Positions 1 through 8,477 of a stretch of DNA of 64,000 nucleotides are shown one piece after another. Source of the stretch: Flavobacteriaceae bacterium. Its GTDB lineage: Bacteria; Bacteroidota; Bacteroidia; Flavobacteriales; Flavobacteriaceae. The notes beneath the pieces are model-generated. The model saw only the letters and a list, made by a program, of their open reading frames with translations. It ran no database searches and was not told the origin of the DNA. The position numbers and the translations under genes were made by a program. The stretch covers positions 162 through 64,161 of the forward strand of contig PAAD01000042.1 of the NCBI GenBank assembly GCA_002698745.1, read 5' to 3'. Within the stretch, counting starts at the first letter, position 1. Each line of letters starts with the position of its first letter.

Positions 1-93
1 TTGACATCCGATTAATAATATTGAAACGCAGGTAAAAATAATTGACTTAATCATCGTTTAATTAATTTTTTTTGCTGCACAATTTTAACCAAT

Positions 94-101
94 TAATTTT
101 G
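94..101 (+). promoter_or_regulatory. Candidate Bacteroidota -7 promoter box (TAATTTTG = TAnnTTTG) upstream of the MFS transporter
   Basis: Exact match to the TAnnTTTG consensus, about 150 nt upstream of the ATG at 250. The leader would be long and such motifs arise by chance in AT-rich DNA. Confidence 0.2.
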
Positions 102-249
102 TTTTTTGCTGTTTTTTGCTGTTTTTTTCGCATTTATTCTTAAGTTTACTAATTAACTTATTGTAATCAAAATTAATACATTGCCTAAAATTTTATTGAC
201 TTGCAATTTTAATAACATTAAAGTTATAAATATTACATATTTATTGTAG

Positions 250-1560
250 ATGAAATCAACACAATCCAACAAAACAGCCATTGCCATTATCGCAGGGTTA
301 TTTTTTATTTTCGGCTTTATCACTTGGGTGAACGGGGCACTGATCCCATTTATGAAAACCATTAATGAGTTAACTGAAGCCCAGTCATATTTGGTGGCAT
401 CAGCCTCATATATATCTTTTGTAGTAATGGCATTGCCAGCTTCTTATTTGTTAAATAAAATAGGTTATAGAAAAGGTATGTCTATTGGATTATTTCTCAT
501 GGCTGCCGGTGCTTTAGTTTTTATTCCTGCAGCCGAAGCTAGAACCTATTGGATGTTTTTGGCAGGTATTTTTATTCAAGGGACTGGAATGACCATCTTG
601 CAAACTGCTGCCAATCCATATATTACTATTCTGGGACCTATTGAAAGTGGAGCCAAACGCATTGCCATTATGGGAATAGCAAATAAAATTGCTGGTGCAC
701 TAGGGTCAGTTATTTTTGGCGCTTTACTTCTAAGTGGTATTGATGAGGTTAAAGAAATTGTAAATCAAGTTTCTTTAGACGAAAAGGCCATCCTTTTAGA
801 TCAAATGGCTGATAGTGTTTTTGTCCCTTATCTGGTAATGTCAGCCGTTTTATTTGTGCTTGGGTTATTGATGCGTCGCGCACCTCTTCCTCACGTAGAG
901 GCAGAAGCTAGTCTAGAAGAAGAAACACAGGCTGGATCTAAAAAAACCATTTTTCAATACCCACAACTTTGGTTTGGTATGCTCACCCTATTTGTATATG
1001 TTGGCGCTGAGGTGATAGCTGGAGATACTATTATCGCCTATGGACTTGCCCTGGGCATATCAGCATCAAAAGCTAAATTCTTTACCACCTTTACGCTAAT
1101 GGCTATGGTGGGTACTTATGCACTTGGCGTTGCATTGATACCAAAATATTTAAGTCAGAATAAGGCCTTGCAAATCAGCGCTGTGATTGGACTTGTATTT
1201 AGCTTTTGTATAATTAGTACTACTGGATTCACATCAGTTCTTTTTGTAGCAGCTCTAGGTATTGCAAATGCCTTGGTTTGGCCTGCGGTATGGCCTTTGA
1301 CTTTAGACGGTTTAGGTAGACATACTAAAACTGCTGCTGCCATGCTTATTATGGCAATCTCAGGAGGTGCCATAATTCCACCATTGTATGGTCGACTTGT
1401 CGATAGCGGAAAAGAATCGCTTATTGATTCAGGATTAGAAGCTGCAGATGCATTGGCCTTAGCAGCAAAGGAGAGTTATTATATCCTAATTCCGTGCTAT
1501 CTCATCATCTTTGGTTTTTCGGGTTTTGTAAAACGTTCACGAAAAAAATATAATATTTAA
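250..1560 (+). CDS. MFS sugar:H+ symporter, glucose/galactose (GluP) / fucose (FucP) permease family
   Basis: 436-aa ORF with about 12 hydrophobic segments. The blocks 'AIAIIAGLFFIFGFITWVNGALIPFMK' and 'QGTGMTILQTAANPYITILGP' are typical of the GluP/FucP branch of MFS. It is adjacent to a GH3 beta-glucosidase. Confidence 0.85.
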   Translation: MKSTQSNKTAIAIIAGLFFIFGFITWVNGALIPFMKTINELTEAQSYLVASASYISFVVMALPASYLLNKIGYRKGMSIGLFLMAAGALVFIPAAEARTYWMFLAGIFIQGTGMTILQTAANPYITILGPIESGAKRIAIMGIANKIAGALGSVIFGALLLSGIDEVKEIVNQVSLDEKAILLDQMADSVFVPYLVMSAVLFVLGLLMRRAPLPHVEAEASLEEETQAGSKKTIFQYPQLWFGMLTLFVYVGAEVIAGDTIIAYGLALGISASKAKFFTTFTLMAMVGTYALGVALIPKYLSQNKALQISAVIGLVFSFCIISTTGFTSVLFVAALGIANALVWPAVWPLTLDGLGRHTKTAAAMLIMAISGGAIIPPLYGRLVDSGKESLIDSGLEAADALALAAKESYYILIPCYLIIFGFSGFVKRSRKKYNI

Positions 1561-1563
1561 ATT

Positions 1564-1806
1564 ATGAAAAACACCTATTGGAAAAAAAATGTCCAGTACA
1601 TCAGCATTCTACTCACCCTCTGGTTTATCGTTTCTTTTGGTTGTGGAATCTTATTTGTAGAACAATTAAACACAATAAAAATAGGCGGTTTTAAACTCGG
1701 GTTTTGGTTTGCTCAACAAGGTTCCATTTTTTGTTTTGTAATCATCATTTTTACTTACATATACCTTATGAATCGTTTAGATAAAAAATTAAATAAAGAC
1801 GAATAG
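1564..1806 (+). CDS. DUF4212-type small membrane subunit associated with sodium:solute symporters
   Basis: 80 aa with two TM segments. The motif 'GFKLGFWFAQQGSIFCFVIIIFTY' matches the DUF4212 family. The gene lies 3 nt after the MFS stop, and its stop directly abuts the symporter ATG (TAG ATG at 1804-1809). Confidence 0.8.
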   Translation: MKNTYWKKNVQYISILLTLWFIVSFGCGILFVEQLNTIKIGGFKLGFWFAQQGSIFCFVIIIFTYIYLMNRLDKKLNKDE

Positions 1807-3468
1807 ATGGAACTTCAATATTGGATTTGGATTGCTGTCGGGCTGAGTTTTTCATTATATATAGGTATCGCTATTTGGTCTCGTGCTGGCTCAACAAAAG
1901 AATTTTATGTAGCAGGAGGTGGGGTGCACCCCATAGCTAACGGAATGGCGACTGCAGCCGACTGGATGTCTGCTGCCTCTTTTATTTCTATGGCGGGTAT
2001 TATTTCGCTAAGTGGATATGACGGCTCCGTATACCTTATGGGCTGGACAGGTGGCTATGTTTTGCTGGCACTTCTTTTAGCGCCTTATTTGAGAAAATTT
2101 GGAAAGTTTACGGTTCCTGACTTTATTGGTGACCGTTACTACTCAAATACGGCCCGTTCTGTAGCCGTTTTCTGTGCTCTTATTGTATCCTTTACTTATA
2201 TCGCTGGTCAGATGCGTGGTGTGGGTGTTGTATTCTCTAGATACTTGGAAGTGGATATAGTAACTGGGGTGCTTATTGGTATGGGAATCGTATTGTTTTA
2301 TGCCGTATTAGGCGGGATGAAAGGCATTACTTACACACAAGTAGCACAATATTGTGTACTCATTTTTGCCTTTATGGTACCTGCTGTATTCATATCGTTT
2401 ATGGTTACTGGCAATGTAATACCACAGTTTGGTTTTGGTGCTACAGATGTTAAAGGAGTTTATCTTTTGGATAAACTAGATGGGTTGCATAAGGAATTAG
2501 GTTTCCATGAATACACATCTGGAAGCAAATCGTTATTTGATGTCTTTTGCATTACTATGGCACTTATGGTTGGTACAGCAGGACTGCCTCACGTAATCGT
2601 GCGCTTTTTTACTGTTAAAAAGGTAAGCGATGCAAGAAAGTCTGCTGGGTGGGCACTATTGTTTATTGCTATTCTATACACTACGGCACCAGCAATAGCT
2701 GTGTTTTCTAGGACGAACCTAATTGAAACCGTAAGTAACAAACCGTATGAGCAAATGCCCTATTGGTTTGAAAAGTGGGAAACCACAGGATTACTTGGTT
2801 TTACTGATAAAAACGATGACGGACTTATTCAATACTCAGCAGATGCAATAACTAATGAATTGGATGTGGATGTGGATATCATGGTACTTGCCAATCCAGA
2901 AATTGCAAACTTACCTAATTGGGTTATTGCCCTCCTGGCGGCAGGCGCACTGGCAGCTGCATTATCAACCGCAGCAGGCTTACTTTTGGTGATATCTTCA
3001 GCAGTTTCTCACGATCTACTAAAAAAAATGATTAAGCCTAATATATCAGAAAAAGGAGAACTAGTAGCTGCTCGTTTAGCAGCTACGGCCGCTGTTTGTT
3101 TGGCAGGATATTTTGGCATCAATCCACCGGGATTTGTGGCAGCAACAGTTGCCCTCGCTTTTGGTCTGGCAGCTTCATCTTTTTTTCCAGCGATACTATT
3201 TGGGATTTTCTCAAAACGTATCAATAGAGAAGGGGCAATAAGCGGGATGTTGGTTGGGGTTTCATTGATGCTTTTCTATATGCTAAAATTTAAATTTGGT
3301 TGGTTTGGAGCCGGTACCAAAGCTGATTGGTGGTTTGGCATTTCTCCAGAAGGCTTTGGCACAATAGCCATGTTAGCTAATTTTATTGTTACGATTGTAG
3401 TTACTAGCTGCACTCCCGAACCAAGTAAAGAAATCCAAAAGCTAGTAACAAACATTAGAAAGCCATGA
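1807..3468 (+). CDS. Sodium:solute symporter (SSF) family permease, VC_2705/ActP-like subgroup that pairs with DUF4212
   Basis: 553 aa and polytopic. 'FYVAGGGVHPIANGMATAADWMSAASFISMAG' and 'GLPHVIVRFFTV' are signature SSF blocks. It pairs tightly with the preceding DUF4212 gene. Confidence 0.88.
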   Translation: MELQYWIWIAVGLSFSLYIGIAIWSRAGSTKEFYVAGGGVHPIANGMATAADWMSAASFISMAGIISLSGYDGSVYLMGWTGGYVLLALLLAPYLRKFGKFTVPDFIGDRYYSNTARSVAVFCALIVSFTYIAGQMRGVGVVFSRYLEVDIVTGVLIGMGIVLFYAVLGGMKGITYTQVAQYCVLIFAFMVPAVFISFMVTGNVIPQFGFGATDVKGVYLLDKLDGLHKELGFHEYTSGSKSLFDVFCITMALMVGTAGLPHVIVRFFTVKKVSDARKSAGWALLFIAILYTTAPAIAVFSRTNLIETVSNKPYEQMPYWFEKWETTGLLGFTDKNDDGLIQYSADAITNELDVDVDIMVLANPEIANLPNWVIALLAAGALAAALSTAAGLLLVISSAVSHDLLKKMIKPNISEKGELVAARLAATAAVCLAGYFGINPPGFVAATVALAFGLAASSFFPAILFGIFSKRINREGAISGMLVGVSLMLFYMLKFKFGWFGAGTKADWWFGISPEGFGTIAMLANFIVTIVVTSCTPEPSKEIQKLVTNIRKP

Positions 3469-3561
3469 TTTTTTGTTTATGAACTTTAATACTGAATTAT
3501 TAATTTAAAATTTTAAAAAAGTATATATTCAAAAAAATTTATAACCAAATAATTAATTAAA

Positions 3562-5580
3562 ATGCGATTTAGTTTTATACTCTTAACTCTATTGTCTTTA
3601 ACTGCCTGCTCTACCTTATCAAACGATAAAGATGCAAGTGTAATTGCTGAAAAAGTATCTAATATTTTAGATCAGATGACCCTCGCTGAAAAAGTAGGTC
3701 AAATGACGCAAGTAGATTTACGCATGTTTGATGATATTAACGACATTAAAACCTATCACATCGGATCTGTTTTAAGCGGAGGTTCAGGTGCTCCAAAAAA
3801 TAACACGCCAAAAGATTGGCTTGACATGGTCAATGGATTTCAAAAAATCGCCATGGGAAACCGCCTAGCCATTCCGATAATCTATGGAGTTGATGCTGTA
3901 CATGGGCACAATAATCTTTTGGGTGCAACAGTATTTCCACACAATATTGCCCTGGGCGCAGCCAACGATGCAGATTTGGTGTTTCGGGTAAATAAAGCTA
4001 CAGCGATTGAGGTTGCTGCTACTGGTATCCATTGGACGTTTTCTCCTTGCGTCGCTGTCCCTCAAGATCCAAGGTGGGGACGTTTTTATGAGGGTTTTGG
4101 GCAAACATCAGAAATTGTAAATGGACTCACAACAGCAGCCGTAAATGGATACCAAGCCCTGCTAAAGGATACAGGTGGTAAGCAAGTTGCCGCTTGTGCT
4201 AAACACTTTGTTGGGGATGGCGGAACTATTTGGGGGACGGGTACTGAAGTAGACGGTTTACACTCATATTTAATCGATCAAGGCGATGTTCAGCTGGAAG
4301 ATGCGGCATTACGCGAGTTACACTTACCACCTTACGAAAGAGCAATTGCAGCTGATGTAAAAACCATTATGGTAAGCTTCAGCAGTTTACGTGGAGAAAA
4401 ATGTCATGGTAGCAATTTGCTTATAAATGATCTTTTAAAAGATGATCTTGGATTTAAAGGTTTTGTTGTTTCTGATTGGGGTGGGATTAATCAAATTCCT
4501 GGTGATTATAAGTCTGATGTAATTAATGGCATTAACGCCGGCATTGACATGGTTATGGTTCCGGGAATCAGGCAAGGAGATTCCTCTTATGCTAAAAACA
4601 AGCACTACAAAACGTTTATTAAGTATTTAATTGACGCAGTAAATGAGGGTAGTGTCAGTATAGCTCGAATAGATGATGCTGTAAGTCGGATTTTAAAAGT
4701 AAAAATGGAGATCGGTTTATTTGACAACCCGTTTATCGATGATGCTTATTTAGATCAAATTGGGTCATTGAAACACAGGGCTTTGGCTCGGGAAGCAGTC
4801 CAAAAGTCAACTATTTTACTTAAAAACATGGGTAGTCTACCAATGTCGAAAAATGAAACCATCACTGTAGTTGGATCAGCAGCAAACAACCTTGGCATTC
4901 AAAACGGTGGATGGACAACAGATTGGCAAGGTATTTTTACACCTGACTTTGCTTTCTTAGATTATAATGCAGATGGGAAATTGACAAGCAAAGAGTATTA
5001 CAGCCAACTAAAAAAAGTTTATGAGAGCAAATTTGAAAAAAATAATTGGACAACTAATTTTAAAGAAATTGATTTAGACAATGACGGTTTAGTGGTTCCT
5101 GAAGATTTCACTGGCTTTATGCAGAATCGTGTTTTACAGCCAAACGGAACAACTATATTGAAAGGGATTTTACAGGTTGCCCCCGATGCCAATGTGACCT
5201 ATAGCCCAAACGCTACTACAATTGCAGAAGGTAGTATTGTTTTAGCTGTAGTTGGTGAATATCCATATGCTGAAGGATATGGTGATGATGGAGATTTAAG
5301 TTTAAACCTTGCAGATCAAGAAACATTAAATCGTGTTATTGCCTCAGGAAATACACTAATCGTCCTAATGATTAGTGGTCGTCCATTGCTGGTACACGAT
5401 AAAGTAGACGAATTTGATGCCTTTGTTGCGTCCTTTTTGCCTGGTATGGCTGGAGAAGGAATTGCAGATGTCCTTTTTGGAGACACCCAACCCAAAGCCA
5501 AGCTTAATTTCATTTGGCCAAAATCCTCCGATGGATTAGGTGTTCTTTATGAGCTAGGGAGTGGGTTAGATTATGATTAA
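3562..5580 (+). CDS. GH3 exo-beta-glucosidase (plant ExoI/bacterial BglX-like), lipoprotein, with an inserted EF-hand pair
   Basis: Lipobox 'LSLTACS'. GH3 blocks 'YGVDAVHGHNN', 'DPRWGRFYEGFG', 'KHFVGDGGT' and the nucleophile block 'GFVVSDWGG' are present. It is a paralog of the 17452-20607 GH3 apart from a ~70-aa insertion. Confidence 0.92.
   Translation: MRFSFILLTLLSLTACSTLSNDKDASVIAEKVSNILDQMTLAEKVGQMTQVDLRMFDDINDIKTYHIGSVLSGGSGAPKNNTPKDWLDMVNGFQKIAMGNRLAIPIIYGVDAVHGHNNLLGATVFPHNIALGAANDADLVFRVNKATAIEVAATGIHWTFSPCVAVPQDPRWGRFYEGFGQTSEIVNGLTTAAVNGYQALLKDTGGKQVAACAKHFVGDGGTIWGTGTEVDGLHSYLIDQGDVQLEDAALRELHLPPYERAIAADVKTIMVSFSSLRGEKCHGSNLLINDLLKDDLGFKGFVVSDWGGINQIPGDYKSDVINGINAGIDMVMVPGIRQGDSSYAKNKHYKTFIKYLIDAVNEGSVSIARIDDAVSRILKVKMEIGLFDNPFIDDAYLDQIGSLKHRALAREAVQKSTILLKNMGSLPMSKNETITVVGSAANNLGIQNGGWTTDWQGIFTPDFAFLDYNADGKLTSKEYYSQLKKVYESKFEKNNWTTNFKEIDLDNDGLVVPEDFTGFMQNRVLQPNGTTILKGILQVAPDANVTYSPNATTIAEGSIVLAVVGEYPYAEGYGDDGDLSLNLADQETLNRVIASGNTLIVLMISGRPLLVHDKVDEFDAFVASFLPGMAGEGIADVLFGDTQPKAKLNFIWPKSSDGLGVLYELGSGLDYD
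4930..5145 (+). other. EF-hand pair insertion inside the GH3 C-terminal domain
   Basis: There are two canonical 12-residue Ca2+ loops, 'DYNADGKLTSKE' and 'DLDNDGLVVPED'. They are separated by a helix-rich ~25-aa linker. The paralog has only 'GNGDITE' at the same position after 'GGWT..WQG'. Confidence 0.75.
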
Positions 5581-5820
5581 ACTTTGCTGTTTTCACAAAG
5601 ATTCCAAGACATATATCCAAAAAAATAAAACTAGGAATTAGTTGGTTTCAGTAAGATAGTTAAATATCAACAAATAAAAGTTTCAGTCATTTTTTACACC
5701 ATGCCACTCAGAAAAAATGCTTTGACCTGTTTTTCTAACTCATTGACTTAATAACCCACTAAAGAATTTTTGCAACTAGAATATTTTTGAAACATTTATG
5801 TTTTCTCATTATTAATTCAA

Positions 5821-5828
5821 TAAATTTG
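5821..5828 (+). promoter_or_regulatory. Candidate -7 promoter box (TAAATTTG) for the beta-glucan PUL
   Basis: Match to TAnnTTTG, 62 nt upstream of the ATG at 5890, inside a 309-bp intergenic gap. I found no well-spaced -33 TTTG. Confidence 0.3.
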
Positions 5829-5889
5829 CGAGATATTTTATACAATAATTTAATTTTTTTTATTTGTAATTATCATTTCAAAAAATATT

Positions 5890-8430
5890 ATGAAACCATT
5901 CTTTACTATATTATTTTTTATTTCATGTTCTTTTATTTTCTCACAAGAAACTATGGTCCCAAGTCCAGATGATTTTGAAGGTGATGTTAATGTATCCGCA
6001 AGCGATGAAACTGGTATATGGGAAAATAATGGAACTGAAATGGATTCTACTTTTTACAATGGAATACGTTATCAACCTGATGATGCTGAAAATACTATAA
6101 TTACGATTGCTGAAGATCCAACTAATTCATCAAACAAGGTTTTAAAATACGACGATAAGGGTACAAATTTTTATGCCAATGTTAAGTACCAGACTCAGAA
6201 AAAAATGGACCTATCAAGTTTTAATAAATTTATTATTAAAGCGTATGTTCAAGCGGGGTATGAGGGTTCTAATAGTGGTGATGTTAATTATCCTTCATTG
6301 TCTTTTAGGCTTCAAAATAGAGAATTGAGTTCACCCTGGGAAACCGACAAGCGAATTCATAAGCAGCTTGGTAATTCCGGAGAATGGGTAACTGTTGAAT
6401 TTGACTTTAGTAAAGAATTTGGGGATGATGTTATTAATGATACTCAGTATGATCAAATTGTAATTCAGTTTAATATGGAGGGTGCCAATGAAGCTGTTAT
6501 TGGTTATCTTGATGATTTAATAATTGTTGAGGGAAGTGCATTTGTGCCTAACGAAACTATAAGTCCTGTCGGAGATGATTTCGAAGGCTCTGTTAATATT
6601 GATGCAAATAATGACACAACCTATAATAATGGAATTCGCTACCAGCCAGGTAGTCCAGGAGCTGAAGCAGTTGAGCTGACGGTTGTTACTGATCCAACAG
6701 ATCCTTCAAATAAAGTATTAAAATATAATGATACAGGTAATTATTGGAGCCAAATGCGTGTACAATATGAAAACAAGCTTGACTTAAAAACTTTAAATAA
6801 ATTTAATGTACGGGCATACGTACCGTCTGTATTAATGGATGGTACTTCTAGTGGTTCTACAGATTACCCGTCGTTGTCCTTTAGATTACAAAATAGAGAT
6901 CTTTCAGCCCCTTACAATTCTGATAAGCGTATTCATAAAGAGCTAGTGGCTGATCAATGGAATAATATTGAGTTTGATTTCAAACGCGAATTTGGTGATG
7001 AACTAACAAATAGTATTGAATATGATCAGATTGTAATTCAATTTAATATGGAAGGTAATTCAGAGAAGGTTGTTGGATATTTAGATGATTTTACTGTTTC
7101 TGAAGGGAGCACTCCATTACCATCTGCTCCATCTGATCAGGCACCAAATCCAGGATATTCTAACACAGAAGTTCTACCAATTTGGACTGGCCTCTATCAA
7201 AATGGATATGCATTTGATGTTTTTACAAAAGGCACACCCTCTACCAATGGAAATATTTTTAATGCTTCTTGGAGTGGAAGTAGCCTCGAAAAGTATTCTG
7301 GTATCAATGAGGAACTAATGAAATTTACAAATTTAAGTTATGTCGGAAATGAATTTGCTTCCCCTTTTATCGATATTTCAACATACGATTTCATTCACAT
7401 GGATATTTGGGCAAAAGAAGATGGTTTTATACAATTCTTTTTATTAGACGAAATTCAACCTGAGTCTAAAAAAATTATTGAAGTAAATGGGCAACAATGG
7501 AATACAATAAAATTAAAAATATGTGATTTTGACACTGTAGAAAAAGAACTACTCAAAACTGCAATTCAAAAGTTTAAATGGAACAATGATGCTTCGGGAA
7601 CCCCCTCTGTTTTTTATGTTTCAAATCTTCTTTTTTATAAAGACAGTTCAGTTTCATGTACTCCTCCTTCAGATATAGAACCTGATTCAAATAGCTCAGA
7701 CCCTACTTTTGATAGTAACACAGTGAAATCTATTTTTGGAGACACTTACACAAGTCTTGATTGGACAGGTCCATTTAACTCAGCTTCTTGGAATGATGGT
7801 GTTTTAGTAGCACCATTTGAGCTTGAAAACGGTAATAGTGTTATAAAATTAAAAAACCTTAATTATGGCGGTATTTATCTTGAGGCTACTTCCACTGATA
7901 GTGGAACAGCACAAGATTTTACAGCAATGACTCACATGATTATGGATGTTTGGTCTAAAAATGGTGAGGAATTTGATTTCTTCTTTTTTGACGGGGGTTC
8001 AGAACAAAAGAGTACCCTTACGCCATCTGAATCTTCTAATTGGAATAGAATAATTATCCCTCTATCAGATTTTCATCTACTTCCTGAACAGCGAGAATTA
8101 AATTTAACATCTGTTTCTGGATTTAAGTTTGATCCTGCTGGCAACAATATTGAAATGATGTACATTGATAATTGGTTCTTTTCTAACGCCAGTAGTTTAA
8201 CTATTAATGATTTAAAATCATTTTCATTTATTATTTATCCAAATCCAGTTATTTCACATTTCAATATTGATTCTGGACTAAATATCAATGAAGTAATTAT
8301 ATATTCTGTAATTGGCGCTAAAATAGATACGCGTAAAGTAATTAATAACAAAGTTGATGTGAGTGATTTAAAATCAGGCATGTATTTTATTAAATACGAC
8401 AAGGCTTTTTCAAAGTTTATAAAAAAATAA
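5890..8430 (+). CDS. Secreted multi-module (A-A-B-B) putative glycan-binding protein with T9SS C-terminal sorting domain
   Basis: Signal peptide 'ILFFISCSFIFSQ'. Two ~200-aa A modules are followed by two ~170-aa B modules. The C-terminus 'IIYPNPVISHFNI...GMYFIKY...KFIKK' resembles a type-A T9SS CTD. It is the first gene of the SusC/D operon. Confidence 0.8.
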   Translation: MKPFFTILFFISCSFIFSQETMVPSPDDFEGDVNVSASDETGIWENNGTEMDSTFYNGIRYQPDDAENTIITIAEDPTNSSNKVLKYDDKGTNFYANVKYQTQKKMDLSSFNKFIIKAYVQAGYEGSNSGDVNYPSLSFRLQNRELSSPWETDKRIHKQLGNSGEWVTVEFDFSKEFGDDVINDTQYDQIVIQFNMEGANEAVIGYLDDLIIVEGSAFVPNETISPVGDDFEGSVNIDANNDTTYNNGIRYQPGSPGAEAVELTVVTDPTDPSNKVLKYNDTGNYWSQMRVQYENKLDLKTLNKFNVRAYVPSVLMDGTSSGSTDYPSLSFRLQNRDLSAPYNSDKRIHKELVADQWNNIEFDFKREFGDELTNSIEYDQIVIQFNMEGNSEKVVGYLDDFTVSEGSTPLPSAPSDQAPNPGYSNTEVLPIWTGLYQNGYAFDVFTKGTPSTNGNIFNASWSGSSLEKYSGINEELMKFTNLSYVGNEFASPFIDISTYDFIHMDIWAKEDGFIQFFLLDEIQPESKKIIEVNGQQWNTIKLKICDFDTVEKELLKTAIQKFKWNNDASGTPSVFYVSNLLFYKDSSVSCTPPSDIEPDSNSSDPTFDSNTVKSIFGDTYTSLDWTGPFNSASWNDGVLVAPFELENGNSVIKLKNLNYGGIYLEATSTDSGTAQDFTAMTHMIMDVWSKNGEEFDFFFFDGGSEQKSTLTPSESSNWNRIIIPLSDFHLLPEQRELNLTSVSGFKFDPAGNNIEMMYIDNWFFSNASSLTINDLKSFSFIIYPNPVISHFNIDSGLNINEVIIYSVIGAKIDTRKVINNKVDVSDLKSGMYFIKYDKAFSKFIKK
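5959..7110 (+). repeat. Intragenic tandem duplication: module A1/A2 (period 606 nt = 202 aa)
   Basis: 'DDFEG.VN...NGIRYQP...DPT..SNKVLKY.D.G...YPSLSFRLQNR.LS.P...DKRIHK.L...YDQIVIQFNMEG......GYLDD....EGS' occurs twice. The anchor 'gatgattt(t/c)gaagg' is at 5968 and 6574. Confidence 0.85.
7150..8190 (+). repeat. Intragenic divergent duplication: module B1/B2 (CBM-like beta-sandwich candidates)
   Basis: Both copies share the pattern '(I/L)(W/F)...Y....W.......SW.........(K/L)(F/L).NL.Y.G......D.......H(M)D(I/V)W(A/S)K......F(F)..D....'. Boundaries are approximate. Confidence 0.55.
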
Positions 8431-8477
8431 TTTTTGTGAAAGTTATAATCTAATTAAAATTATAATTAATAAATTTT

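Noticed and set aside
41-202. ATTGACTT occurs twice (41-48 and 195-202), and a tandem GTTTTTTGCT x2 lies at 101-120, all upstream of the MFS transporter.
   Set aside because: The motifs are short, AT-rich and widely spaced, with no dyad symmetry. There is not enough evidence for a regulatory site.
250-5580. An impression that the transporter and GH3 block is more GC-rich than the T9SS-protein genes downstream, which could indicate horizontal acquisition.
   Set aside because: I cannot compute GC or codon statistics here. Ala/Gly/Leu-rich membrane proteins and conserved catalytic domains naturally raise GC relative to Asn/Ile/Lys-rich CBM and CTD modules. There are no mobility genes or boundary repeats.
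5581-5603. A hairpin after the lipoprotein GH3 stop (CTTTG-N9-CAAAG).
   Set aside because: The stem is only 5 bp and no T-run follows, so I do not call it a terminator.
5787-5972. A 61-aa ORF spanning the promoter region and the start of the 846-aa gene.
   Set aside because: Its translation is a poly-I/F/Y/N string typical of AT-rich non-coding DNA. It overlaps the real gene's start out of frame.
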